Source: Octopus vulgaris
Lineage: Eukaryota
Direction of reading: 5' to 3'
Assembly (NCBI GenBank): GCA_951406725.2
Contig: OX597823.1
Location: 45,198,001 to 45,262,000, forward strand
Length of the DNA stretch: 64,000 bases
Shown here: positions 27,619-42,176 of the stretch, in pieces
Layout: each line of letters opens with the position of its first letter
Position numbering within the stretch: the first letter of the stretch is position 1
Notes under the pieces: model-generated
The model's database searches: none
What the model was told of the DNA's origin: nothing
Seen by the model: the letters and a program-made list of their open reading frames with translations, nothing else
Translations under genes and position numbers: made by a program

Positions 27619-28639
27619 CTAAAACAAGGATTGAAAAAAAGAACAACTAATCACAGTCCAATTGTGTAAGTTAGAGTTATTTTTAATGTCACCACCGCCA
27701 CCACCACTACCCCCCACCACCACCACTACCCCCACCACCACCACCCCATCCTCACCACCACTACCACCATCATCATCATTAGTGTTATGTCAACCACTAT
27801 TACTGAAGCCCACCCCATCACTTGAGCTTACCAAACCTAGTAATATGACATACCAAACTAAATCACCCCAAATAACATAACAAGTCAATTGCCATCTCAA
27901 CTCTCATAGATAAGAATGGTGATGATGATGAAATAGGTTTGAAGTCTTTCATTTCTTCACTAAAGAAATAAAAAGAAACCAAATTTTTCGTACCAGCCAA
28001 CCAGTCAGCCAGTCAGCTTGCCTGAGACCACTTTGGTTCTGTCATAAAAACATCCAGTTTAAAAATTTTCATATTGAAATTAAAATTGTTTATTATCATT
28101 TAAATGGGAAACTCTTAATAAGTCACATTGCAAACACAAGATTACTAATGACAATGTTATTTTTTTTTTTTACTAGATTCTTGCAAAATCCACATTATTT
28201 TTCAAATTAATTGAAACACACGAGTAATGTACTTCTGTAGAACACCAGTAATACACTAGTGAAAAACATTAACTACTGGTATGGAAACAATCTAATAAAG
28301 AGTGACAATGGTCAAATGGACATAATATTGGTTTCTTGCTTGAAATTTCATGAGTTTATATTGTAAAATTCGGGCTGTTTAGTGTAGTAAGATGACACAA
28401 ACACACTGTGGGATGAAATAGCTTTCAATATTAAATTTTGTCCATCCATTTTATAATTTCAAAACGGATACACTTGCTAAAATCAGTTTTATACTAGTGT
28501 TAATAGAATATTGCTACAACAAAATCTCTTTACAACAGATTTATGGCCTTCTGCTGCTAATAAAACAAAACAGCGTTTGCATTGTGCGGATTCTTTTATA
28601 AGTATGGATCACAGCAGAGATTGTTGATAGTGGCTGCAT

Positions 28640-28666
28640 ATAATAATAATAATAATAATAATAATG

Positions 28667-28716
<50 letters not shown>

Positions 28717-28927
28717 CTTTTCTACTATTGGCACAAGGCCTGAAATTTTTGGGGAGGGGTGCAGTCGATTAGATCGACCCAGTATGCAACAGGTACTTAA
28801 TTTATCGACCCCAAAAGGATGAAAAACAAAGTCAACCTCGACGAAAGCTGAACTCAGAATGTAGCAGCAGACAGAATACTACTAAGCATTTTGCTTGGTG
28901 TGATAATGATTCTGCCAGCTCACCACC

Positions 28928-28968
<41 letters not shown>

Positions 28969-29023
28969 CATAATAATAATAATAATAATAATCATAATAA
29001 TAATAATAATAATAATAATAATC

Positions 29024-29076
<53 letters not shown>

Positions 29077-29096
29077 TATTATAATAATAATAATAT
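28640..29096. repeat. (AAT)n tracts flanking a SINE B variant
   Basis: Read directly from the sequence. Confidence 0.95.
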
Positions 29097-29455
29097 TTGA
29101 TCCATCATATCTGTTTGATTCCAGGATTGTAAAGAAAGGGGATGAAAAATTAAAATTATACAATCCTTTAAAATTTGGAGTATGAAATCTGTAAAAGTTA
29201 TGCCTGTAATAATTGGGGCATTAGGAAATGTGAGTAAAGATGTAGACAATTGGTTTAAGAAGATTTGAATAGAATATCCTGTAGAGCTTCATCAGAAAGT
29301 TTACCTCTTAGGGATAGGAAAGATTATCAGGAGGGTTTTAAGCACTTCAAAGACTATTGAAAGCTTGTAGATATCTAAGGTTACAGGTAGTAACCAGTTA
29401 CCACATAAATTCTATCAGGAATAAGAACATACCTGAGTTAAATCAATCATAATAA
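29095..29455 (+). mobile_element. R4/Dong-like LINE 3' fragment (restriction-like endonuclease end)
   Basis: Pieces read FDSRIVKKGDEKLK, VKVMPVIIGALG and QKVYLLGIGKIIRRVL. Flanked by (AAT)n. Confidence 0.7.
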
Positions 29456-29509
29456 TGATAATAATAATGATGACGATGATGATGATGATGATGATGATGT
29501 TGATGATGA

Positions 29510-30600
29510 TAGGAATAGAAGAGCGAAGGTGTGTTCTTAGAAAGTCTCATAAATGTAAAACCCCAAGACTAGATTGGGCTCCTAATTTCTAGCTATATTG
29601 TTTGACAGAAGTGCATAAAAATCTTGTATCTATAACTGTGATCAATCAGAACCTGGAGCAAATACCTGCCTGGCTGACTGAAGAAACAACCTACCTACCA
29701 CCAAAATTCTTAACAATGTAATATATCATCTCTTTTGCATGGACAATCTGAAGCTGTTTGCAAGGAATGACCAAAAACTAGAAGGGCTACAAGCAACTGT
29801 TAAAGAGTTTAGCAATGACAACGGGATGGATTCTGGCCTTGATAAGTGTACTAAAGGAACTTTTGTATGAGGTAAGCTCAGACAAACAGGATCTATTAAA
29901 TTAGATATTGACACTACCATCAAGGAACTTGACCCACAAAAAAATTTATAAATATCCGAGAATAGATGAAGGATATGACATAAGTGATACCACTATAAAG
30001 GAAAAAATAAGAAGAGAGTATTAGAAGAGAATAAGACGTGTACTGAAGATTGAACTTAAAAATCACATTGAAGTACCTGGGTACTTTCAGTAGTTCAGTT
30101 CAGTTTTAATATCATTAACTGGAATCCTATGGAATTCCAATGCATGGACAGGAAGGCAAGGAAATTATTGACATCTAATAATATGCACCACCTTAAGGCA
30201 GACATTGACCTTCTGTACCTACCTAGTAGCAGTGAGGGAAGAGCAGTGATGCAATTAGAACTCTACTGTAAAACCTTCACTATAGGAATGAACAGGTACC
30301 TATCTAGTACAGAGGACTGAATGCTGTAGCTTGTATGTGGACATGAAAGCAGCAAAATGTTACATTCTATTGTGAAGGAAGCTTGTAAATTCACAAGGAA
30401 ACTTAGCATTAACCCTGAATTAGATGAAAAACTTGAAACCACTTCTACTGTGTAAGCAAGATGAATCAAGCAGACTGTTAAAAACAATGTGTAGAAACAA
30501 ATTTAGGAGTGGTGGAGCCAGAAGTCCTCACATGGATAATATATTCTTTGAAGTCAAGATGCTGATGTTGACCAGCCAACAGCCCATCAGTGGGTTGTAT
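29510..30600 (+). mobile_element. Decayed R4/Dong-like non-LTR reverse transcriptase fragment
   Basis: Degenerate translation includes HLFCMDNLKLFA (YMDD-like), FSNDNGMDSGLDKC and MDRKARKLLTSNNMHHLKADIDLLYLP..EGRA. Confidence 0.75.
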
Positions 30601-31392
30601 TTAATCATTTACTTGTATTTGCAAATGTACAACTGTCTTCTTATTTTGTCTGTTTATATCAAACCATCAATATACTCACACACATTGAATGCTCACATCA
30701 ATAAAGTAAAAGTAGAGTTACCTTCTCGAGTCATGCTGACTCACAAGGGCTGGTTTCCCAATTTCATGGTGTATAAATTCCCCACCTGGATGGGACGCCA
30801 GTCTGTTACAAGATTACTAATTTTTGCCAGCTGAGTGGACTGGAGCAATTTGAAATGAAGTGTTTTGCTCAAGTATACAACATGTTACCTAGTCCAGGAA
30901 TTGAAACCATAATCTTAAAGTCATGAGTCCAACACCCTGACCACACATCTCTCATCAATACTAATGAAGTTTGAGCATCTTGTTGTTCTGTTGACTGGAG
31001 GACCTGTTCATTGAATTAGCATATGAAGTAGCACACTATTCCACAAACACATTTGGCCTTAATGTAATGCTATAATAAAATCAACAGAACATAGTGAGAC
31101 AAAGTTAGACCTTTGAAGTGAAGGGGCAGGCCACAAATTTCTTAGTAGAGATCATTATGGTTCTGATGTTGCAGATGTGATCTGTTCATTAGGAGAGATC
31201 AGAACAGAAAACATGTCCATTTGATATTGATTAGGTTCATAGAAATGTTAATTCCCTCCAACAGGTAAAAATGAACCACTGAGTTACAGTAAACCACTTT
31301 CTGAAGAGAGAATGTAAGAACCACATTAATCTAGGTACATCCACAAACAGACAGACATATAACAATAGTGAATAATATCAAAAGCTTTTTAC

Positions 31393-31549
31393 CTCATGGG
31401 GCTTGTAATCATCTGGAAGCTTCTCAAGCATATCATTAGCAAGATTGTATACCACACTCTCTCGTGTTTCACCCCCACTACTGCCAGAATCTTTTGGCTG
31501 GATGTTCACAATAGTTGCTAACATTTCATTGGCTGTGTTCGTTTGATAC
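31393..31549 (-). CDS. DNAH5: Axonemal dynein heavy chain exon
   Basis: Acceptor ctttcag|G TAT, donor GAG|gtaaaa. Encodes [52 protein letters not shown]. 157 bp, phase 2 matches the previous exon. Confidence 0.95.
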
Positions 31550-31804
31550 CTGAAAGGGAGAAGATGGTAATACTGATTATAATGATGATGGCTAAAGATT
31601 TCTTTCATTGTCTGTTAGAAGTAATACAAAATAAGAGTTGAGACCAGACAAAATTAAAAGATACAATTGGTACAATATAATACAACAATAAATGTAATAG
31701 GCTCTATGCTAAATTGGATTTATATTTACAGTAAAATATTGACACACACACACAAACTCTCACACACACAAACTCTCACACACACAAAAACACACACACA
31801 CAAA

Positions 31805-31873
<69 letters not shown>

Positions 31874-33904
31874 GTATGTAATATATGCATGTTTTCTCTT
31901 TTGCAGAATTGCTGAATTCAAGCCAGTCACTAACAAAATGGCAAGGCTCTTTCTTTTTAAGATAGCTCTTGAAAGTTAGTGGTTATTGAAATTGGTTCAT
32001 GTGTGTGTGTACATCTAGATAAACTTGCACTTGTATAGCGAGTGTATTCCATATGTATGAGTGATTGTTTACATGTTTCCAGTCCAGGAAATTTACTTAT
32101 AAGGGGTTGATAGGATACTCTACAAATTTTCATTGTATCTATAATTGATTGGGCAATGGAACCTCACTTTACAAATTTAATTTGTTCCTGAAGGCTATTC
32201 ATTACCTGAAGTGCTTGTAAACCCAAACTCTTTTTCCCATAGGAAATTCAAGAGAAAGCATGGCGAATTTGAGTAGGGATGTGCACTGAGCCAAAGCAAG
32301 AAAGAAACTGATTCTTTCTCTCTGATACTCCCAGTTTGTTGCCAGCCATTGCTGCTAGCTTGCATGTTCATTACTCAAGACACTGTTTCTCATCTGAGAT
32401 ATTTTATGTTCAAAAACCTGTCTGTAAACTGATTTGTTTATGATGAGAGTCATTTGTAAACTGAAATTCCTCTGTATTTGGTGATGCCAATCACTTCGCT
32501 CTGTTCCTTTTTCTTTTTGAGAACCCCAGCATTTCTAGGTTTTTATGTAGATCTGTTATGCAATCCAATAAAAAAAAATAAAGGGGTAAAAACCTCCTTT
32601 GGTCATGAATGACCATGAAACTGCATCTAGAAAGTTACCCCTTGAGGTACAAGTTCGGGCAAGGTTGTTTATGGAAGACCAGCAATCGCCATGCATACCA
32701 GCCTCCCCTCTCCATGCCACTGATGTTATCCAAGGGAAAGGTAAAGGCTGATACAGCTTGGCACCAGTGGCATCACAACTCATTTCTGCAGCTGAGAGTG
32801 AACTGGAGCAACATGAAATAAAGTGTCTTGCTTAATAACACAACACACAGCCTGGTCCAAGAATTGAACTATTTACCTCATAATTGTGAGCCTGACGCTC
32901 TAACTACTGAGCTGTGTGCCTTCACAATCTAGTGCTCCTATGATAATAGGTACAAATGGAAATATATAAGAGCTGGTGCTTTCTCACAAACTCCTGTCCA
33001 TAGATATTCCCCTTTCCCCCCAATTTTTGATGAAACATCCATGTCCACAAGGCAACTGGCTTCTGAAACAGTGCATTACATTTTTTGTTTGTCTGGCCTA
33101 TAGTGCTTACATTGGATGCTGCTTTTATTGGAAAGTTCTACTAATATTCTATCTTGAAACATGTAAATACATTCTGGTCCTAGCATACCTTTGCTATGGT
33201 CATCGAGTAAATCCTTCCTGTGGGTAGCATGAGAATTTTAATGATAATGTCATATCTCATGGGAAGGTAGTGGCTTGTGGATAATTTCTAGATGGCTGCA
33301 GATGAGACAGGTAATACCTTCAGTACAGGTATGACACAACCAACCTTTTTCTGATTCAGTGTGACAAGCCTAGAAGATCCTTATCTCTTGATCAGGTATT
33401 TAGTAGCTTTCTCTTGTTCTTGGATAGCAAAGACTTAGCTTTCAATGCAAGATGTGATGTATTTATTGCATGTCCAGAAGAGGATACTATTCCTGTTCAA
33501 CATTGTTGGTATTCTTTAGTGCTGTAGCTCATCTAATCACATTACACCACAGTTGTGCTGTTTGTTTATGTTGTTTGGAAGAAGAACACCACTATGGTTG
33601 ACTCCGAATGGACTGTGCCACAATATAAATGGACATACACAGAGAACAGCCTTCAGCAGAGTAAAGCCAAGAGTTGTGTATTGTTGAGGGTTATTACCAC
33701 TATCTTGAGTAGAATGACTTGTAAGGACATTATTATTATCTCATTATATCGTACGTGGAACATGATACAGCAGTTTACATTCCAGTTTCTTCCCCCAAAT
33801 TACTATTTATTATCTTGGAGTAAGTGGAGCATTTACAACCTTGGTGGTGAGGCTTTTCATACTGTGATATAGATTGAATGGGTTAGATGAGTCCTTTCAA
33901 CCCA

Positions 33905-33980
33905 GTGTCTTACAATTCATTGCATTCTTTTGTCATATTTTTATAATATAATATAATATAAGATATAATATAATTTTATT

Positions 33981-34032
<52 letters not shown>

Positions 34033-34151
34033 ATATGTATATTATTCTTAAACAAGAATATTATTGACATAACTTCAAAGTGTCTTACTATTCATTGCAT
34101 TCTTTTGTCATATTTTTATAATATAATATAATATAAGATATAATATAATTT

Positions 34152-34204
<53 letters not shown>

Positions 34205-34247
34205 GTACATTATTCTTAAACAAGAATATTATTGACATAACTTCAAT
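33905..34247. repeat. Near-identical tandem duplication (~170-bp unit containing (TA)n)
   Basis: Units 33905-34079 and 34080-34247. Confidence 0.9.
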
Positions 34248-34681
34248 GTTTTGGCCAGTAAAGCCAACATTGGATTGCTGCAACTTTGAAGTCACTGTCA
34301 ACAGCATTCTTGTAGAAGAATAATAAATTCGTACTCTATAGAAGTGTAGCGTAACTCATCAGATTAATGTAATATATATATATATATATATATATATATG
34401 GTGCCAAGACAATTCCTTAATGCTTAATTCATCACCAACCAATTCTTCATTTGTGTCCAACTCAGAATGTTACAAGGTTATTTCATTGTCATTCTGGTCT
34501 CAGTTTTTAATGTTTAAATTTCAGTTCAAATAGTGAAATTAATTAAGATAATTAAACAGCTGCAATAGGTGTTGAATAGTTGCTTAGGTTGGTTCCTAGA
34601 CAGTTTTGAGCTGGTTGTCTTTTAGATATAAAATGTGTTAATAAAAAAATATAGATGTAACAAAGAGAATATCTTATACAT

Positions 34682-34726
<45 letters not shown>

Positions 34727-35870
34727 CAACAAAGTTGCAAAACGTTTACTTCCATTACAAAGAAAGTGATGTTCACACCTAAACTGCAAAAATATTTCTA
34801 GCAAGATGAGACAGGCAAAAAAAGATGATATGCAAATATATCAACAAGCACACTAGAAATGTGATAGACAATTATAATGTTGAACAAAAAATGAAATTTC
34901 TTTCAAACAATAGCTCATGATATAAAGTTTTAATATCTTAACATTTTTGCTTAATAACTTAAATTTTTAGTTGCCATTTTTTTTTCTGTTCTTGATAAAT
35001 TTTGAAATAAATAAATTTTAGTTTTAATTTTTTTCTATAACCATTTATTTTCATTTATTCTATTTTCCACACATGTCGTTCTATGTAAATTTCTTTGTTT
35101 TTGATGTTTTCAGTAAAATCATAAAAAGAACAGCAAATGAAAAATAAATTTTACATTGGTAAGGAGGTTGCTGTAATATTTTTACTGTTTTGTTTTCTTT
35201 TTGCTTCTCTCTACCAGTTTTTTTTGTTAGTTATTTTACACAATAGCAACAAGAGGAGAATATTTATATTTCTTGGTATCAGTTCAATGTCTAGTTTAAG
35301 CAACATTAAACTGGTGATGAATTAACCCGACAACTGGATGCCGTGTGCATGTGTATGTGTGTATATGTTTGTGAGTGTGTTTGTGTGCATATCTGTATGT
35401 ATGTGTGTGTATACCTGTATCTTGTTATTCTTCTTTTATTTTTTATTTGTTTCAGTCATCAGACTGTGGTCATGCTGGGGCAAGTGTCTTTCTTCTACTA
35501 TAGCCTTGGATAAACCAAAGCCTCATGAGTGAATTTGGTAGATGGAAACTGAAAGAAGCGCATCATGTATATATGTGTGTGTATCTTTGTATCTGTGTTT
35601 GTCCCCGACAACCAGCGTTAGTATGTTTACGTCCCTGTAACCTAGTGGTTCAGCAAAAACGATTAATAGAATAAGTACCAGATTTGTTTGACTAACACAT
35701 GTCAAGTCAGTGCCCCACCATGGCCACAGTCAAATGACTGGAAATAGTAAAAGATAAAAGATAATATGTATCATATATATAGTTGAAATTTACAGAAAAA
35801 CAAAAGATGAAGACAAGTGTATGAACTACAAGCAAGTGTATTAGTCTAACACTTGAGAAAATGAAAAAGT

Positions 35871-35903
35871 TTTACGTTTCAAGCCTACGCTCTTCCTCAG
35901 AAA
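35871..35903 (-). ncRNA. Minimal Penelope-type hammerhead ribozyme motif
   Basis: TTT-CTGAGGA-A-GAGC GTAG GCTT-GAAA-CG-TA-AAA. Canonical core with palindromic ACGT stem III. Confidence 0.6.
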
Positions 35904-35964
35904 GGAATAAGAGAAAATAAACAGAGCGAGAATGGAAAAAACTTGTAGATTTCAGTGGTCCAGC

Positions 35965-36137
35965 TACTAGCATAGCGGGGAAGGGGGGGCGGGGCGGTAG
36001 GAATGGTCCACCAACTGCGGCACTTTTAAAGGGGTGGCACATTTGTGCCTGTGTAGGCAATATGTGTTTTTTATGGGGTCTTGAGGCAGCAAATGGAAGA
36101 GCTGCCCCAAGCAGCACACACTCTTGCTATGTTAGTG
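35965..36137. mobile_element. GC-rich hAT-like MITE
   Basis: TSD ggtccagc/ggtccaga. 12-bp TIR TACTAGCATAGC vs CACTAACATAGC (10/12). Confidence 0.65.
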
Positions 36138-37276
36138 GGTCCAGAATATAGATAGATATGAAGGTGCATAGTCAAGTGGCTAGGGTGCTGCACTCATGAT
36201 TGTGAGATTGTGGGTTCGATTCCCAGACCGGGTGTTGTGTTGTGTTCTTGAGCAAAGCACTTCATTTAATGTTGCTCTGCGATCATTTCTGAATTTGACA
36301 TGTGGCACATGGTGCACCTGTACAGGCAATGTCGATTTGATGGAGAGAGTGAGCTTATGTGTACACAGACATTCGATCACTACAAACAAATCATTTTTAT
36401 AGTTGTTTGGCAAGTAATTGCCAAACCCTCATATGTCATCTAATGACAGGAGAGCCTAGGATATATATATAGATATAGACACACACACACTGTTGTCCTT
36501 CAATTTATATATAGCTTCTGCAAATCACCATGAAATTTGAAGCTTTGTAAAACAAAAAAAAAAACAAACATCTTTAATAGTATTATTCATAAAATAAATT
36601 CAATTTATTTACTGAAATTATCAAATGATTTATATATTTGCATGTGTATATTCATGTATATGTGTGTGGATGCAAAATATATGTGTGTATCTGAATTCTG
36701 TCATAATATTAGTTTTATCTTCTAACCAGCAGACATAACTTTCTCTATGGTTTCCATAGAATTACTCTGAAGTCTGTCTGTGCAATACCATGGGCTCTGA
36801 TTTATTTCTTTAGTTTCTTTACACATTCTGTCTTTTACTTCTTCATATTAAAATGTTTTACAGTTTCTTTTGAACCTTTTCTATTTTTGAGTTGATACAG
36901 TGACCATAATTTTCGTTTTTAGTAAAATTAACTTGCGTAATGTTTGGAACTGTTTTACTCAGTTTCAAAAATATTAAACAAAATTTTAAAAGAAAATATA
37001 TATTCTAACTTATGTGCTCATTATCATAAAAAAAAAGTAGAATGAAAATAAAACGAATGGGAAATGTGAAACCAAAACAAAAATAACAAAGTAGTGTTTT
37101 TCTTTATGTAAAAAGGAAAAGAAAATTGATCAAAACCAAAATGATATAAAAAGTGAAATCAGGGAAATTGAGTTTCATGTAAACTGAAGGAAAACTGTGT
37201 GTGTGTGTGTCTGTGTGTCACTTCAACAAATTCCATCCCTCCCATGCCAGTGTGGAAAAATGGATGTTAAAAATCT

Positions 37277-37293
37277 TTCTATCTATCTGTCTG

Positions 37294-37372
<79 letters not shown>

Positions 37373-37395
37373 GTCTGTCTGTCTGTCTGTCTGTA

Positions 37396-37464
<69 letters not shown>

Positions 37465-37516
37465 GTTTGTCTGTCTGTCCGCCTCTGCTTGTCTGCCTGC
37501 CTGTCTGTCTGTCTAT
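37277..37516. repeat. Compound (CTAT)n/(CTGT)n microsatellite
   Basis: Read directly from the sequence. Confidence 0.95.
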
Positions 37517-37744
37517 ACATATGTATGTTTTAGCCTCAAACCACTCGATAGGGCGGCTTTTAAGTTAGCTCCTGTGGAAGGCTCTTCAAACTTTACTTTA
37601 TTTAGAATTGTTCAGTGAATGTTATAACTGGAAAATAATTTTCAAATCTTATGTGGAAAATAATTCTGTTTCTAGAGCTGTTAGGCATTAGAAATAGAAT
37701 ATTAACAGAAAAACTGAACACAAGATATCACTCTGATAATTCCA

Positions 37745-38245
37745 ATATAAATTATTACTGGCAACACTGACTACCATGTGAAATTTCTTATTTACTCCAT
37801 GACTGAAATTGTTGCTAACAATGGCCATCACATATGAAACATTTATTGCAAACAAACTATCACATATTGTCTAATTGCTGCAAATACAATCACAAATGAA
37901 CTAATTAGAATTTGCTGTCAACATATGCCATCACATTAGAAATATTTATTGCTAACTTATACTATCACATATTGATTCATGGTTGCAAATTCAGGCAATC
38001 CCCTCTATACTAATTGTTGCTAACACAGTCACGTGTGAACTAATTACTGTCAACACAAACTATTATATGTGTATTGACTATTGCTAACATAAACTATCAT
38101 GTATGGATTAACTGTTGCTAATACAAATCATCGCTTATGGACTAATAATTGTTAAAACAGGTATGGACTAACTGTTGCTAGTAGAGACCATTATCAATAA
38201 ATTAATTATTGCTAACTCAATCATCATTGAGGAACTAACTGTTGC
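37745..38245. repeat. Degenerate minisatellite, unit ~35 bp, roughly 14 copies
   Basis: Recurring consensus of about ttgttgctaacacaaactatcacatatggactaa. Confidence 0.7.
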
Positions 38246-38659
38246 ATCACCTGTCTCTTATCTTTTATTGGGTTCAGACATTAAACTGTGGCTGTGCTGG
38301 GACATTGCCTTGAAGAACTTTTAGTTGTTTGAATCAACCTCAGTATTTATAATTTTTTCATGCCAGGTACTTATTTTATCAGTCTCTTTTTATTGAACAA
38401 CTCAGTGATGGGGGCATAAACAAACTAACACTGGTTGTCAAAATGATGGTGGGAGACACACACACACACAAGACTGGCCTCTTTCAGTTTCCATCAACCA
38501 AATCTACTTGGAAGGCCTGAGGCTATAGTAGAAGACACTTGCCCAAGGTGCCACACTGTGGGACTGAACCTGGAACCATGTGGTTGGGAAACAAGCTTCT
38601 TACTATACAGCCATGCCTGTGCCTAAGCTGATTTCAGCCAGTACTTTTTACTCATTTAT

Positions 38660-39080
<421 letters not shown>

Positions 39081-39430
39081 ACGTGGAGTATATTTTCCAA
39101 ATAGAATAAATAACGAACTACTAATTGCAAAGCTGAAGAGTTTCTTAGCTGGTAGCAATTTACATTCAAAAGTGGATGTTTTCAAAAGAACTAATATAGC
39201 ACTGGTCAGTCTTTTAAATTACAAAAGTCAAGTTACAGAGGCTTAAGCTGGAGGAACTTTGCAAAAGACATACATTTCATAAACTGATGATGATCTAGTC
39301 AGATGTAATATAAGTTTTAATGAAGCAAATAAGTTTCATGTAGACAGGAATCATTAGTGAAAGTGTATTAGGATAAATCTCTTATCTTTTGGACTTATCA
39401 TTATGGAAATTGAAGAGGATGTTGTGTATA

Positions 39431-39585
<155 letters not shown>

Positions 39586-41103
39586 TGTTGTATATGGTTT
39601 CTCCTAAAGTTGACTGATATCCATGGCTGATAATAGTAAATATCTCACCTGATGATTATAAAAATCATATTAGATTTTAGTTGCCCACCACCTTCCTTCT
39701 TCCTTATATTGTCAATCACGAAAGAAAGATTAGTGACCCTAACCCTTGTAATTCTTCTCAAAATATTGATTTCAAATTTCGGCAGATGGCCAGCAATTTT
39801 GGGGGCTGGGGGATAAATCGATTGCATCAATCCCAATGTTCAACTGGTACTTATTTTATTGACCTCGAAAGGATGAAAGACAAAGTGGTGGAATTTGAAC
39901 TCAGAATGTAAGGATGGACAAAATGCTGCTAAGTATATTGTTTGGTGTGCAAATTATTCTGCTAGCTCACCGACTTGAGTCTTCTCAAAAGATTCAGATC
40001 GATGCAGTCCATAGCCACTATTCCATAGGTGATGGTTAAAGCTGGCAGTAATTAGTTCAAATGTAATAAAGGCAGATCTCATAATGTTGAACCTTGTAAA
40101 GAAGGTGACAGGGAACTGCATCAAGTGAGGAAACTCTCTGCAGGTGAAGAACCTTTACACCCATGAAAGTATTGAAAGAGAGGTAACCAAGAATGATGAT
40201 GAGGAGAAAGAAGATGACAGTTTCTTTAAGTCAGTCAGTCAATAAATCATCATCATCATCATCATCATTGTTTAACACCTGTTTTCTATGCTGGCATCAG
40301 TAAGATGGTTTGACTGTCGCTAGCAAACCAGAGAGCAGTACCAGGCTCCAGTCTGTTTTGACTTGGTTCCTATGGCTGGATGCCCTTCCTAATGCCAACC
40401 ACTCCACATAGTGTACAGGGTGTCTCTTACACATCATTGGCACAGGTGCCTTTTATGTATCACTGGCACAAGTGCCTTTCACATGTCACCAGCACGACTG
40501 CATTTCACATGTCACTGGCACGGGTGCCCTTCATGTGTCACTGGCATGGGTGCCTTTTGCATGTCTCTGGCCACAGGTGCCACTCACATGTTACCAGTAT
40601 GAATGCCTTGCATATGTCACTGGCACTGGCCGTAGCTGCAATTTCAGTTAGCTTGTTGTGTCTTCTCAAACACAACAAACTCTCCAAACTTTTGGTCACT
40701 TGTCATTGCCTCTATGAGATTCCACATCCGAAATCCTTTGTGTATATTAGGCCAAAGTACCAAAAATATGAATACAAACCAGACAGCTGCCCATTAATGT
40801 TTGGTAAACAATGGACGGCCATTTGACCTATTTCTCTTCTCATCAGCTTCAGTATACCTAATGTTAGACTTACTTTTGTCTGATTGTCAATAATATACAG
40901 AATCAGATAGTTTTAATTATTTTTTTTTGTGTTTTTGTAGTAAGTTTTATTCCCTAGCTATTGTTCTTATATCATTGATTCTCTATAAGCGGATGGAAAT
41001 TAATGGATACGTTTATATTGTCAGAAGAACATAGAAACCTTGATTTTATTAAAATCTAACAATACATGTAAAGGTTGAGCTCTCACTCCTCTTTTCACTG
41101 ACG

Positions 41104-41151
<48 letters not shown>

Positions 41152-42145
41152 CTGTCACTGCCTGTCTGTCTGTCTGTCTGACTCACCCTCCCTCCCTCCC
41201 TCTCCCTCTCCCTCTCCCCACCTCTCTCTCTTTCATTAAGTCAGGGTCTCCACCCAAAATTTACTTCAGAACAGTGATAAATAAGTCTTTTTTTAACATA
41301 CAATATTAATTAATTCGTTTAACAACATAGCACATTATGCAATTATTTTGAAGAGCATAAAAAGTCTGCTGATTGCACTTCATTAACTTATTGATAATTA
41401 TTTTGAAGACTAATGAGAAAAAGAGAAATGGCATGTTGACCTCTGATCTAATTTTGAATCCAATTATGCATTGGAATATAGTTCTTGCAAAACACAGAGT
41501 TTTTTTAATGGTAAAATCCTTCATTATCACTGGTCTTAAGATAAATGCTTTTTAGAAAAGTATAAAGCTGGAGATTTTTAACAAGCTGTGACATTTATAT
41601 TTTGTGAGGAACATACTGTTTGAAGTAAAGTCTTACACACACACACACACACATATTTCAACTTTTGGCCCACAAACATGACGTCTCCTCATTCACTCTG
41701 CTCAGCCACTTCTGCAGTGGCCTCTACTACTCAAAGTTGGTTAGTTTTATACTATCTTCACTCGGAATCTCATCTCTCTGGAATTCCTTGTCCATGTTTT
41801 TTTTTTATTCTTCTGCAGCTGTCAACTCATGTTGAAAGAAGACATTAACTACATAACTATCAGTCTCAGAGGGTTTGCAAAGTCTCTGGGTACACTCTAA
41901 TTCTTCTTCCCCACCTCACAAGAAAAGTATTGCTGATATAGAAGGATAAACAAGATAAAGCTTGCATTTATACAATATCTCACTGATATTCATTTTATAT
42001 TGCTCCTTAAGTATGGCATATTGAGTTGGAAAATGCAAAAGCCAGCAGAGCACATGGCATTTTGGATTAGCTATTGAACATGAAGAGAATGGCATAGTAA
42101 CTCTCAGAAAACAAATCTATATCTATCTGTCTATATATTTATATG

Positions 42146-42176
<31 letters not shown>

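Noticed and set aside
40430-40630. ~24-26-bp repeats (also at 46560-46735 and 50240-50360) resembling a CRISPR array
   Set aside because: They are contiguous degenerate tandem units with no unique spacers and no cas genes, inside a eukaryotic retroposon.
40822-40850. Minus-strand CTGATGA-GAAGA-GAAA
   Set aside because: No stem II or stem I; a chance match.
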